From an uncultured Hormoscilla sp. (lineage in GTDB: Bacteria > Cyanobacteriota > Cyanobacteriia > Cyanobacteriales > Desertifilaceae): DNA of 64,000 nt. A model generated the notes under the pieces. The model was not told where the DNA came from. It did no database searches and worked only from the letters and a program-made list of their open reading frames with translations. The translations under genes were made by a program, and so were the position numbers. The DNA is taken from NCBI GenBank assembly GCA_963921275.4, contig OZ001293.3, positions 4,640,001 through 4,704,000 on the forward strand. The letters are read 5' to 3'. Of this stretch, positions 1-11,234 are shown one piece after another; the first letter of the stretch is position 1, and every line of letters begins with the position of its first letter.

Positions 1-244
1 CGCTTTAGTTGACCGTCCTTGTCAGCTTTGCCATTAAACCATTGGATGAATTCTCTAGGATCGCTTTTAATCCATCCTTTCTTCTCATGAGCTAGATAGG
101 GAACCTGCCCTTCAATAATGTAGTAAATTGGCAGATCGAGGTGATATTTTTTAGCATAGACAAGTCTGACACAGGTTTGCTTGTTGATAGGCTTTTGATT
201 TGTATGATCATTTACAGCTTCACAAATCCAGCGGTGAAAGGTAC
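1..244 (-). pseudogene. CD-NTase (cGAS/DncV-like nucleotidyltransferase, CBASS) internal fragment; runs off the window edge
   Basis: Manual minus-strand translation, not in the ORF track: TFHRWICEAVNDHTNQKPINKQTCVRLVYAKKYHLDLPIYYIIEGQVPYLAHEKKGWIKSDPREFIQWFNGKADKDGQLKR. Contains the KxTCVR..Y..H(I/L)D(L/V)P and W..SDP..F..WF motifs typical of CD-NTases. It has no start of its own and abuts the AAA ATPase remnant. Confidence 0.7.
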
Positions 245-1242
245 CAGATCGCTGAGCAGTCTGATGATAGTAGGTTCTAAGTGGCTTTTGCGATCTAGCA
301 CAAAGGTATTTTCATCTGAAAATTGTCGGATGGCTTCAGAATTATGGGAGGTGACTAAAATTTGTCCGCCGTTCTTAAATGAGCGTCGCAATGATATGAC
401 AAAATGTCCCACCTCTGATAGGGAAAGATAGTTATCAGGCTCATCCCAAAAGCACAAGATTGGTCCATATGATTTATTGGCAGCTAAGACAACAGCGCCA
501 AGAAAAAAACATTTTTCACCATCAGATAAGTCCTTAAAGTAAACGCTCAGCTTGGCACTGTTTTCTTCAAACCTAACAATCATGCTTTTGAAGTCTTTGC
601 CGATAAGTTCATTCTGAATATCATTAATGTCAGTAACCCAGAAAACCACTCTCCAAAGTTTGAACCATCTCGCTCTGGCTCCAAAGTTTCACCATGGGAT
701 TCTCCGGTCATTAAGCTGGGGATTGGGGCTACAATAATCATGCGTGCGAGCCAGGTCTTGAAAATATGAAGTGGATCGGTTTCGGAGCGATCTTGAATTA
801 TTGGAAGGGCCACAAGATGCCAATCTACCAGAAATTGAGCTTCAGGATTTCGCGAACTTGTATGAAGAGTGACTTGGGATTCTTTGCGAGAGTAAATTGG
901 ATTTCCCTTGACTAGAAGTTGCTCTTCAAAAACTCGCAGTTCTCTGAAATTTTCTGGTAACTCAAAGGCAATGACATATTTGTAGAGTTTCTCATCAAGC
1001 AATACTTCTATTTCAAAGTGGATTGGCACATCATCCCTGTCATGAGCGAAATCCTTTGATTGGACAAGTTTTCCAACTCTATTTATGCCTCGACCGATAC
1101 TCTGAAGCACTTCTAAGGCACTGGCAATGGTTGATTTACCTGCACCATTTTTCCCGAGCAAAAGAGCAGATGACATCTCTTTGAGAGTCAGTTCAAAGTT
1201 TTCCAGACATCTGAAGTTGTGTAAATATATTCTTTGCAGCAT
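212..1242 (-). pseudogene. ABC/AAA_21-type ATPase, split by an internal deletion/frameshift near 640
   Basis: Walker A GKNGAGKS in ORF 580-1242. LSDGE signature, WDEPD Walker B and TSH H-loop in ORF 212-649, in another frame. Confidence 0.85.
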
Positions 1243-1275
1243 AGCCTTCAGTAATTAAAGTAGAGCGCGACTTCG

Positions 1276-1593
1276 CTAACTATTATCGCAGGATCCTGTT
1301 CCCTTGGAAGCTATCTGTACTCCCGATCGCGCGGATGACCGTTCGCCATCTGGGACTTGTTCTTTCTGGATAAAATTACCCAGGTAGAGTCTGACAAATT
1401 CATCCGTTGCTGCTGGGTTTATATGATAAAGCCCTTCAGCAATTTCAGCAACAGTTTCCGCTGTCGGGTCCCTAATTTCGTGTACCCATCGGTAAACGTT
1501 GCCACGTTCAATCTTCAGCATCACTGCTAACTTATTCTGGCTGAGACCGTAATTATTTAATACTTGTTTGAGCGCTTTACCTGCTTTTCCCAT
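1276..1593 (-). CDS. XRE-family helix-turn-helix regulator
   Basis: MGKAGKALKQVL..YGLSQNKLA...VYRWVHEIRDP, a common cyanobacterial HTH_3 pattern. Confidence 0.8.
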   Translation of the reverse strand: MGKAGKALKQVLNNYGLSQNKLAVMLKIERGNVYRWVHEIRDPTAETVAEIAEGLYHINPAATDEFVRLYLGNFIQKEQVPDGERSSARSGVQIASKGTGSCDNS

Positions 1594-1651
1594 GCTTGTG
1601 CGATCAGATCGAAGAATCAGGAGTTATCTTTATGGTTTACGATTATAGCCT

Positions 1652-1684
1652 AGAAACCCGGTTTTTTATCAAAACCGGGTTTCT
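1652..1684. terminator. Hairpin of the AGAAACCCGGTTT short-repeat family, downstream of argD
   Basis: AGAAACCCGGTTTT-ttatc-AAAACCGGGTTTCT perfect 14-bp stem; related copies at about 6598-6695. Confidence 0.55.
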
Positions 1685-1715
1685 TGATGCTTGCATTGAG
1701 ATGGGACTGGCTAGA

Positions 1716-2987
1716 CTAGGACAATGCCCGATCGACTGCTGCCAGTGCCATGTCTACTTCGGACCCGGAGACGATCAGGGGTGGCACAAACCGGACCACC
1801 TTGGGACCAGCAGGAACCAGGAGCAAGCCTTCCGCCATCGCCCCCTTAACGACATCAGCAGATGTCAGTTCCATGTCAGCCGCAAGTTCCAGACCGTTAA
1901 TTAAACCCCAACCGCGCACCTCAGCGATCTTGTCGGGATATTTAGCGGCGATCGCCCTCAACCCCTGGCGCAGTTGTTCACCCCGTTCCCGGACATTTTG
2001 GAGAATCTGCTCATTTTCCAGAGTTTGGCAGACAGTCAAAGCCGCTGCACAAGCAAAGGGATTGCCCCCAAAGGTGCTAGCATGATTTCCGGGCTCAAAC
2101 AGATCGCAAAACTGCTTGCACATCAGGGCCCCAATGGGGATCCCGCCCCCTAAAGCCTTAGCAGAAGTAAAGATATCCGGTTCAATGCCGAGATTTTCAT
2201 AACCCCAAAGCTTGCCAGTCCGCCCCATGCCCACCTGGACTTCATCTAAGATCAGCAGAATGCCCTTTCGATCGCATAATTGCCGCAGGCGCACAAAGTA
2301 ATCCACATCCCCCGGACGCACCCCCCCTTCTCCTTGTAAGGGTTCTAGGAGTATTGCCGCTACCCGACGTTTGTTTGTATTTAGAGAGGCGATCGCCTCT
2401 GTTACTGCCTCAAAATCATTATAAGGCACGTAATGAAACCCAGGCATTAATGGGCTAAAATTCTTTTGGTACTTGGGTTGACCTGTAGCGGTAATCGTTG
2501 CCAGGGTGCGTCCGTGGAAGCTGGCATGAGCCGTCAAGATCACCGGTTCGTCAATATTTAACTTTATGTGGGCGTATTTCCGCGCCAGTTTGATCGCGCC
2601 TTCATTCGCCTCCGACCCAGAGTTACAGAAAAACACCTTGTCAGCACAAGAATGAGACACTAGCCACTTCGCCAGTTCCCCCTGCACCGGAATATAATAA
2701 AGATTAGAAACATGATGCAGGGTCTGGATTTGACGGGTCACCGTTTCCACCAGTGCTGGGTGAGCGTGTCCGAGGGCGCAAGTAGCAATGCCTGCTACAA
2801 AGTCCAGATATTCGCGTCCTTCCGTATCCCAAACGCGGCATTTTTCACCCCGTGTCAGGGCGATCGGAAAGCGCCCGTAGGTGGACATCAGATAATTATC
2901 AAACTCTGCTTCATTGAAAGCGCTTGACTGGACCGGAGTTGACTCTGTAGTAATGGGCGGGTTTAACGTAGCGGTCATCTGACTCAC
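1716..2987 (-). CDS. argD: Acetylornithine aminotransferase
   Basis: Class III PLP motifs: FCNSGSEANE, SFHGRT, EPLQGEGG, DEVQVGMGRTG, SAKALGGG, HASTFGGNP. Confidence 0.95.
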   Translation of the reverse strand: MSQMTATLNPPITTESTPVQSSAFNEAEFDNYLMSTYGRFPIALTRGEKCRVWDTEGREYLDFVAGIATCALGHAHPALVETVTRQIQTLHHVSNLYYIPVQGELAKWLVSHSCADKVFFCNSGSEANEGAIKLARKYAHIKLNIDEPVILTAHASFHGRTLATITATGQPKYQKNFSPLMPGFHYVPYNDFEAVTEAIASLNTNKRRVAAILLEPLQGEGGVRPGDVDYFVRLRQLCDRKGILLILDEVQVGMGRTGKLWGYENLGIEPDIFTSAKALGGGIPIGALMCKQFCDLFEPGNHASTFGGNPFACAAALTVCQTLENEQILQNVRERGEQLRQGLRAIAAKYPDKIAEVRGWGLINGLELAADMELTSADVVKGAMAEGLLLVPAGPKVVRFVPPLIVSGSEVDMALAAVDRALS

Positions 2988-3244
2988 TGGCTTATCCTTT
3001 TGCTTAACGGCTTACAGAAAACATTTTAGGTCAGCAGATCGCGTAGCGTGCGCGCAGCGCAATCGCCTGGCGACTGAGCCTGAGTTTACAATTATCCTCA
3101 AAATCTTGTCAAGTAGATTTTATGTCAGTAGATCGTAACAATTTCCCAGGCAGTGTGGATCTTCAACAATACTGTTGCATTACTCGATTTGCCTCGTTCC
3201 CTGGCTCCCGCCTGGGAACGTCTATTTACAATTGGTGACTAGCA

Positions 3245-4273
3245 TTGTACTCGACTTTCAAGCAGAAATATCGCCGCCTCCAAACCCAAATAATTGCTGG
3301 TGGCCTATCCCTAGCTGGGGTATTGGCGATCGGCACCTTATGGTATGCGCTGGTTGAGGGCTGGTCCTGGTCAGATGCGGCTTACATGACCGTAATTACC
3401 CTGGCGACAGTAGGTTATGGGGAAATCCATCCAATGGGCGATCGGGGGCGGTTGTTCACGATCGCCCTGATTTTTATGGGGGTGATCGGCATCGGTTACA
3501 TTGTCAATCGCTTGACAGAAGCTCTGATTGAGGGCTACTTTCAAGAAGACATCAAAAGGAGGCAGTTTCATCGCTTGCTAGATTCTCTGAACTCACATTA
3601 CATCCTCTGTGGATTTGGTCGCACCGGGCGGCAAATTGCCTTATAATTTGAGGCAGAAGGCATCTCTTTTGTAGTCATAGATTCGGATCCCGACTCCATC
3701 AAGGAGGCCCAGGATCTAAATTGTGTGGTGGTCCAGGGAGATGCCACTCTGGATGAAATTTTGCTGACCGCCAAGATCGAACAGGCGGTTTGTTTAGTCG
3801 CAGCTTTGCCCTCGGATGCCGAAAACCTGTATACTGTACTTTCTGCTAAGACACTCAATCCCCACATTCGGGCGATCGCCCGTGCTAGTTCTGAAGAAGC
3901 CATCCAAAAACTGCAACGGGGGGGCGCAGATGCCGTTGTCTCGCCCTATATTACCGGCGGACGGCGGATGGCGACCGCTGCCCTCAGACCCGAGGTGATG
4001 CATTTTGTCGATGGGATGATTACAGGTAAGAATCGCTCATTCTACATGGAAGAATTCCTGATTGACCCCCAAATCTGTCCCTTCGTCGGCCAATCCCTGA
4101 GAGAAACTAATTTGCGATCGCAAACCGGGGCTTTGGTTTTAGCCATTCGCCGCTATGACGGCACCCTGCTGGGCGGTCCTACGGGGGACACTCTCTTACA
4201 AGCTGGCGATTTATTGATCTGTATGGGCACCGCCGAGCAACTGCGACGCCTCCATCATATCCTCGGCTATTGA
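3245..4273 (+). pseudogene. MthK/TrkA-type potassium channel with in-frame stop
   Basis: TVGYGE selectivity filter and CGFGRTG RCK motif. TAA at 3644-3646, after which the same frame continues through the RCK-N and RCK-C domains. Confidence 0.9.
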
Positions 4274-4501
4274 CGATCGTCTTCCCCTTTTATTTTACCA
4301 TTTACTAATTACTATCAAAACCGATTGTGACCGGGATCACTGCTAAAGATACCCCGGTTTTGACCCTTGCGCATGGCGTAGGGTCTGGACTAAATGGGAC
4401 AGGAGATCGACCTTAAAACTATTTATGTGCTACGATACAAGAGAGATATAAACCGCCAACAACTGTATGCTTGGCAGAGGTGATATAATATTTTCTCTCT
4501 C

Positions 4502-5240
4502 ATGTCAAGCTTCCATTTGCGGAATATCTTAGCTAGAGGCGATCTCATGGGAGCATGTCAACTTTATAAAGAAGAGCGATTTCGCAACCTGGTGGAAACT
4601 ACCAGTGATTGGGTGTGGGAAATTGATGAAAACGCCGTCTACACCTACGTCAGTCCTAAAGTGCGGGACATCTTGGGCTATGAACCGCCAGAAATGCTAG
4701 GGAAAACTCCCTTCAACTTCATGTCTTGGTCAGAAGCTGCTCGCGTCGCCAAGATTTTTGCCGAAATTGCCTTGTCCCAGTTGCCATTGAGCTGTCTGGA
4801 ACATAGCCAGCGCCATCAAAACGGTCGGGACGTTATCCTAGAAACTAGCGGCGTTCCCTTCTTTGACTTGAATGGCACCTTTCGCGGATATCGCGGCATC
4901 GCGAGGGACATCACCGAACGCAAACGGGCAGCAGCAGCTCTACAACAAGCTCATCAACGCTTAACTTTCCATGTAGAAAACTCTCCCCTGGCAGTGGTGG
5001 AATGGGACGAGATGTTTCGCATCCAGCGTTGGTCCGGTCAGGCAGAGAAAATCTTTGGTTGGAACGATCGAGAGGTCCTCGGCAAGCATTTTAGCGAGTG
5101 GCCGTTCGTCTACGACGCCGATCTGAAAGCCTTCACTCAGGTGATGGCGCGGTTAATAGATGGCAGTCAGCCCCGCAATATCAGTCGCAACCGCAACTTG
5201 ACTTCCACTGGTGCTGTGGTTCATTACGAGTGGTTTCAGT
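4502..5240 (+). pseudogene. PAS/PAC sensor protein, truncated (output domain lost)
   Basis: EERFRNLVETTSDWVWE...GYRGIARDITERK, then a second PAS that breaks after HYEWF and runs into the convergent GNAT gene. Confidence 0.75.
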
Positions 5241-5258
5241 TGACTGAAAATCAACAAT

Positions 5259-5750
5259 TCACGCAAATCGAGATAATTCTTCGTCAGTCAGACGGCAAAT
5301 TCGCCAGTCTGGGAGAATCTCGGCACCGAGATCGCGATAAAATGCGATCGCCGGTTTGTTCCAGTCTAACACTGCCCACTCCATCCGCCCGCAGTTGCGC
5401 TGAACTGCCAGTTTGGCCAGATAAGTAATCAGGGCTTTACCGATACCTTGACGCCGATATTCGGGCAACACAAATATATCCTCTAGATGAATTCCTGCTT
5501 GGGTTAAAAATGTGGAATAATTCTGAAAAAATAGGGCAAACCCAACAGCTTTTCTGTCCTCTACTTCAGCTAAGATAGCTTCCACTAAGGGTCGATCGCC
5601 TTCTAGATGTTCTTTCAAGGCATCTACGTTGCCCACAACTTGATGGGATAGATTTTCATACTCTGCTAACGCTTTAATCAGTTCAAACAGTATTGGCGCA
5701 TCATCTGGGGTAGCTGAACGCAAAATTAGGTTCTCGGTTTTTTCTGACAT
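5259..5750 (-). CDS. GNAT N-acetyltransferase (SSAT-like)
   Basis: LAEYE, FFQNYSTF, LEDIFVLPEYRRQGIGKAL, VLDWN..AIAFY; likely start ATG at 5750. Confidence 0.9.
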   Translation of the reverse strand: MSEKTENLILRSATPDDAPILFELIKALAEYENLSHQVVGNVDALKEHLEGDRPLVEAILAEVEDRKAVGFALFFQNYSTFLTQAGIHLEDIFVLPEYRRQGIGKALITYLAKLAVQRNCGRMEWAVLDWNKPAIAFYRDLGAEILPDWRICRLTDEELSRFA

Positions 5751-5787
5751 AAGATATTTTTGCAGTAATGTCGTCATCCGGTTCGCT

Positions 5788-6207
5788 TCAACTGCTGGGC
5801 TCAAACCAATTCTCGATCGCCAAGCCATCAAAATATTGAAAATCGCGAAGGTTATTGGTCATCAGAATTAATTCTCTTGTGGCAGCGATCGTGGCAATTT
5901 GTCCGGCAGCAAACGCAGGCATTAGCTCGATCTGGCTTAACCGCGATCGTTCGCTCGCGTGCCAAGTAGCAACTCGTTCGTCATAGGGTTAAATTGGCAT
6001 CGTCGCGCGAATATAGTCGAGTTGAGCAAAAACGGCGCGGCGCTTTCGGGACTCAGGTAAGCGTAGCGCACCGTAGAGAATTTCATGCAGTGAAACACTT
6101 GCCAGGACCAAATCGTCGGCGAATCGATCGATATTTGCACGAACGAAAGGATTAGGCACTCGACGAGTTAATTCAGATAGAACGTTCGTATCTAGTAAAA
6201 AGCGCAT
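5788..6207 (-). pseudogene. vapC: VapC PIN-domain toxin with in-frame stop
   Basis: MRFLLDTNVLSE. TAA at 5989-5991, then the frame continues PYDERVATWH...QIATIA...LMTNNLRDF..F.GL.IENW to TGA at 5788. Confidence 0.85.
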
Positions 6208-6452
6208 CAGTTATCCCAGCTAAAATCACGACCTCCATCAGGGGAACGATCGCGAACGTCTCCCCAAATCTCATCCGGATCGATATCCAGTTCTTCGACC
6301 CCATATTCTTCACGCCACTTCAGCATGGCCTCCCAGAAATTCCCCGGTTTCTGCTGCGGGAGCACCTCAACTGTCACCTTTTCACCGTCGGCAATATCCA
6401 GATCCCAGAGCAACTCGATCGTGCGTCCCCGTTTGATACCTTGAATCACCAT
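6207..6452 (-). CDS. Putative antitoxin of the vapC module
   Basis: Small protein (GIKRGRTIEL...DVRDRSPDGGRDFSW) whose stop overlaps the vapC start; start codon uncertain. Confidence 0.7.
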   Translation of the reverse strand: MVIQGIKRGRTIELLWDLDIADGEKVTVEVLPQQKPGNFWEAMLKWREEYGVEELDIDPDEIWGDVRDRSPDGGRDFSWDN

Positions 6453-6725
6453 AGGCTAATAACAATGAACATCTTGCTCCATCTTAACACAGAGGTTGCC
6501 TTTTCTCGGGAAGACGCGATCTCCATTGGCCCATCCCCTACCGCAGCCAATTTTTCAAGTTTTGTTATCCTAACGCAAGGCAGTCGGGGACCAGACAAGA
6601 AACCCGGTTTCTGGAGATCTTTTTGGCGAATTAACCAAATTTGGTAAAAGAAACCCGGTTTCACCGCCCCCGCGCACCAGAAAAGAAACCTGGTTTGGGG
6701 CGATCGGGCGAATCAACCAGATTTT

Positions 6726-7427
6726 TTAGAGCGCATCATCGGAGAGCTTTTCAAGTTTATCTAACCACTCAGAAAAGTGGTGGCACTTTTTTTTAAGAAA
6801 ATCAATGCCATTTATTCCCGCAATACTCGCTCCAACATTCACTTTGTCATATTCATGGATAACCTTTAATATTCTTTTTGACGGGGCTGTTGTAGGATTA
6901 TCGTTAATCAGCTCGGTATTTCCCCCAACCTCATCTAAAACATTTTGCAAGCGTCCTTTAATTGCCTCTTTATGTTCAAAATATTCGGCTTCCAGATTTG
7001 CCGGGTTTGCCAGAACCAGAGCTTCAAATTCATGCAGTTGAATATATGGTATAAACCGCTCATTCTCTATATTCTTCTTAAATGCTTCTTCCAAAACTCT
7101 AATTCGTTCATAAGGATCGCGGATCGCTTTTGACTCTTCATAAGCAGGAAAATCATCTGGTAGAGCATAAAGGTCGAACATAGTTGTAAAATATGATTCT
7201 GGATGTTTATCTTCCTTCAACCAAGTTTCAATATCTTTTTTAGCTTTTTCATAATTGACGAGCCCGCCACGATTATATTGATTTTATCGTCGATCCTTAC
7301 CGGTCACAACTCTTCTAATATCAGTCGTGATTTGAAACAACCCAAGATGCATTGCCAAGGTATCTTTAACAAATCTTTCCTCTGTCTGACCTTCACCTGT
7401 GATATGTAATCTAATCAACCTTTTCAC
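6726..7427 (-). pseudogene. DUF4276-family (TOPRIM-like) partner of the AAA ATPase, in-frame stop
   Basis: GTG overlaps the ATPase stop. Motifs EGQTEERFV, TTMFDLYALP, PYIQLHEFEAL, PSKRI. In-frame TAA at 7284-7286. Confidence 0.8.
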
Positions 7428-8563
7428 GGTTGTCCTCCGATGACGTTTTTCTCCCAGAGTTCACTCAGGCTGTATCGTTCGAGCCACTCAGTTAACTTTT
7501 GTGAATCTAAGGATTTAAATTCACTGCAACTATTATTGCCATTTCTTTCCACAATGAGGATATTTTCTGGCTCGAACTCATCGACTAATCGAGGAGACTG
7601 GGTTGCCATAACGATTTGGCAATTTATACTCGCAGTTCTTGCCATTCCAGCAAGTACAGCAATTGCTGAAGGATGTAATCCTAACTCTGGCTCATCGAGA
7701 ACAATTACCGCCGGTAATGTTTCTGGGGGTTGCAGAAGTAAGGTAGCAATTGCCATGAAGCGCAAGCAGCCGTCGGAAATCTGATGGGGGCCAAATAGGT
7801 AATCGGCCCCTTTCTCTTGCCAGTTTAGCATAATGTAGTTTTCGTTAAGGCGGGAAGGTTTTAATTCAAAATCTCCAAATTGAGGCATTATCTGTTGAAT
7901 ATATCTAACTATTCGTTGATAATATTTCTCAGTTTCATCCCTGTTTTGCATGGCATAGAGAAATGCTGCTAAATTACCAGCATTACTTCTCAGAAATCTA
8001 TTATCGTCGATATATCCTTTATTTCTGATCTTTGCTTCTCTTGATGTATCGTGAAATTGAAAAACCTGGCAGCTCCTTAAAAGCTCAAATACAACTCGCT
8101 CTGTTTTGTTGTTACGATCTTTGGCTCTCTCTGGCAATCCCGACTCCTTCCGACCGGGCTCGAATGTAAATGTATATGGATTTTCTCTATCTTGCTGCTG
8201 ATAACTAATTGTTTCTTCAGTAAAGATGACTGTATCCCCTGCTGCATGAGACAAAGAAAATTTATAAATGTCTTTAGCTTCCGGATTGGTAAATTCCATT
8301 TCCGCGCTAACACGATTAGTTTTCTTGGCACCATAATATAAAAGCGTTTCCGCTCCACCATTTTCCCCAATATAGATTTGGAGAGCCTCAGTCATCATAT
8401 AGTTAAGCATGCTAAAAAATGACACCAAGTTACTCTTTCCCGACCCATTTGCCCCCAGTAACACAGTAATATCCTTAAAATCTATAGTCTGCCCTTCTGG
8501 ATCTATAGATTTGAAACCCTTAACTTTAATATAGCTCAGTTTAAGTCGCTTTTCTTGATTCAT
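7424..8563 (-). CDS. AAA_21/ABC-type ATPase
   Basis: GANGSGKSN, ISDGCLR, LDEPELGLHP, ATQSP; likely start Met at 8563. Confidence 0.9.
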   Translation of the reverse strand: MNQEKRLKLSYIKVKGFKSIDPEGQTIDFKDITVLLGANGSGKSNLVSFFSMLNYMMTEALQIYIGENGGAETLLYYGAKKTNRVSAEMEFTNPEAKDIYKFSLSHAAGDTVIFTEETISYQQQDRENPYTFTFEPGRKESGLPERAKDRNNKTERVVFELLRSCQVFQFHDTSREAKIRNKGYIDDNRFLRSNAGNLAAFLYAMQNRDETEKYYQRIVRYIQQIMPQFGDFELKPSRLNENYIMLNWQEKGADYLFGPHQISDGCLRFMAIATLLLQPPETLPAVIVLDEPELGLHPSAIAVLAGMARTASINCQIVMATQSPRLVDEFEPENILIVERNGNNSCSEFKSLDSQKLTEWLERYSLSELWEKNVIGGQP

Positions 8564-8789
8564 AATTTTTCTGTTTTGAGAGTTTCCGATCCAATTTACT
8601 TTCTTCAGTATGGCCGCGATCGCCCGTCGTGCCATGGGGAAGCGATCGCCTGTGTCTCGGTAAGCTTTGAAGTTTCGGTGTCAATTACCCAGTCTTTTGT
8701 TATCCTAACCCATTGGAGAGCCCCCTGTCAAGTGTTGCTCAAAAATTTTTTCCTAATTTAAGCTTTCGATGTAGGAGGCAAGTTGCCTT

Positions 8790-9010
8790 TGTAGTTTTGA
8801 GGGAGGCACCCATATTTTAGCTCGTGCCAGGTGGCCGCCGCGATCGCACTTCCCATTCGATGTTCTTGCAGGCGAGTACGTCGGCATACGGCTTGCGCCG
8901 CGCTGCGCGCAAGCTACGCGAACGGAAATTGACGACTAGGTTCTGACAGAATGTTAGTATCTAGTAAAAAGCGCATCAGTCATCCCAGCTAAACTCACGG
9001 CCCCCGCCTG
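8790..9010 (-). pseudogene. Second, decayed vapBC module (antitoxin tail plus vapC N-terminus)
   Basis: MRFLLDTNILSEP...AAATWHELKYG. 8957-9000 is nearly identical to 6188-6231. Interrupted by a GC-rich short repeat at about 8890-8922. Confidence 0.7.
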
Positions 9011-9206
9011 GAGGCCGACCCAAGGGAGATCCTGCAGCTGTAGCCATGTGGCGATCGCCATCAACAGGAGCAAGTCACTTTTGTATTAGTACAGTTTTCT
9101 GTTGGCGCGGGGGAGCATATATGCTAACATTAGCTTCCGAGCCTCGTTAAGAGCCTGGTAACGCCATTCATCATTCGCTATTCACCATTCGCCATGCACC
9201 AATAGC

Positions 9207-9336
9207 CTACCGCAGCCAGTTTTTCCAGCCTTGGGCCACTTGAGGGCTACGGAGTTTACGCATAGCTCTGGTTTGCGTCTGACGAACGCTCTCCCGGGAC
9301 AGGTTTAACAGGGAAGCTACTTCTTCTAAAGTGTGT
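9207..9336 (-). pseudogene. Group 2 sigma-70 factor region 4 remnant (SigE/SigC-like)
   Basis: Manual translation HTLEEVASLLNLSRESVRQTQTRAMRKLRSPQVAQGWKNWLR*; regions 2-3 are not seen upstream. Confidence 0.75.
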
Positions 9337-9829
9337 TATCTTTGTGCAGTAAACTCCCGATCGCTTTTGACTTTGACTTCCTCTCTCGAACAGCAACATA
9401 TTTTTCTTCTGGCAGCGAACTGCCGACTAAGTCTGCTTTAGCTTCCGCATCTATCTTTTTGATATCCGATCGCTACTTTTTTCTAGTGATTACAGCTACT
9501 TATGCTAACTATTTCTTCTCCTTATCTGGACCCCTTAAACTGAGCTATTTTTTAGTCGATGCTACCTTTGGTAGTTGTCAGTTGAGATCGAAAGTATTAG
9601 ATGATACAAGTATTAGGTGTTAGCCAGGAAGAAAAAGTGGGTGCAAAACAATCAAAGCATTTTCCGATCGTTCCGGCGTTGCACATTTTGGGGATGATGG
9701 TGGCTCTCTGGTTAGTCAGTTGTCAGTTGTTAGTTGTCAGTTATCATTTGTAACAAGTCATTAGAACTGATACCTGGTCGCTAGAAGCTCCCTGGGAGTG
9801 GTCACAAATCATCCCGTCGTTGTGCAACG

Positions 9830-10255
9830 CCGACCTCCCATCCGGGAATGCGCAAATGTTCGTCCAACACTGGCAATCCATTGATGATTTTGGGAGGAGA
9901 GGCGGCAAAAATATCTGAGATTAGGGGGTTTTGAGTCGCGTCAAACTTAGTTCCCGTCGCCAACCAAATCCGTTGCACTGACAAGACCGAGCCATCATTA
10001 CAACGCACCTGCCATTCTTCCTTGTCCCAATTGGCTTCTGTAACTTCACAGAATTCCTGGAGAATCACTCGTCTCTCTCAGACTAATCTGCGGAGCTTCA
10101 AGACCACTTTTGGAGTCATGGATCCACCATTTCGCGCCTGCTGAATCAACTGCCAACGAGATTGCCAGTCTGACTCTGCCTGAAAAGCCTTGAGATATTT
10201 TGCCCCCAACCAACCGGGCTCGGTATCGAATAATTTTTCCACGAGACATCGTACT
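9830..10255 (-). pseudogene. FAD/NAD(P)-binding oxidoreductase C-terminal fragments
   Basis: KLFDTEPGWLGAKYLK...QQARNGGSMTP and IWLATG...NGLPVLDEHLR in different frames. Confidence 0.65.
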
Positions 10256-11234
10256 TGCACTACCCACGAGACATCGCCTGATGATACGGGAAACGGTTTT
10301 GGGAGTCGATGACTCCACCCTAGGCAATCTATCAGTCTCGGTTCTTCTCTGTCAGTCCCAGACCAGCTACTTCCATCAACAGGGCCACGCCAGCAAATCC
10401 CGGCGGTAGGCTATCTAATGCCAATATACCGGCGAACGCGCAGCCACCGCCCCCAATAAACAAAACTGCTCCTGCGATCGCCAACATTAGTCCCACTTTT
10501 GCTTGTACGTCTCGGTCCACCGTCGATTCCTCCATCTAGCTAACTTTGGGTCGGTATCCCCTCTTTTGTGCGACTAGAGCTCCCAGGGGATACCGAATGT
10601 TAAGCAATATAACGTCTTTTTAAGTTTTTGTCACATATTTTCAGAGAAACGCTAAAAATTTGCACCTATTAGAGAATAGTTGATTTCTGCTCGCTGCGGC
10701 TGAACCTCTCTGTGATGTCTCCGTATCGGTGCTCTACGTAGTGCTTCTAGCGCGCGCAGAGCACATCGGAGTAGTGCGATTACGATGTCCCCGGGGACAT
10801 CGAGCTCTCCGGAGAGATGGATTCAAACCTCTTTGGTCGCTTCCAGATAGGACTCGATCTTAAAAAAATATGCTCATGGCGAGTCATCTAACTGGATGAG
10901 TATAGTTAATCAGACCTGGCGGTTTGTCTTAAAGTTTCTTAAGGTTAATTGCGGTTTTCCGAGGAATTGATAAGAAATTCCACTAAGCCTGCCAGTGCTG
11001 AGGCGATCGCACCGGTTCATGGGTGGGAGATGTAATCGATGGTTGGTGGGAGTAGCTAGCACGATTGTAATAAATGTTGCTAGCGTAATTGTAGGGTGGG
11101 CACCGCCCACCAGGACGATCGCTTGACTGACTGGAAAAAAAGTTATAATAAAAAAATCTGAACAGAGGAGACGAGGGTCTGAATAATTCATATTTTGAGG
11201 GCGACTGGCCCACAGAAACTATTAACATAGGCGT

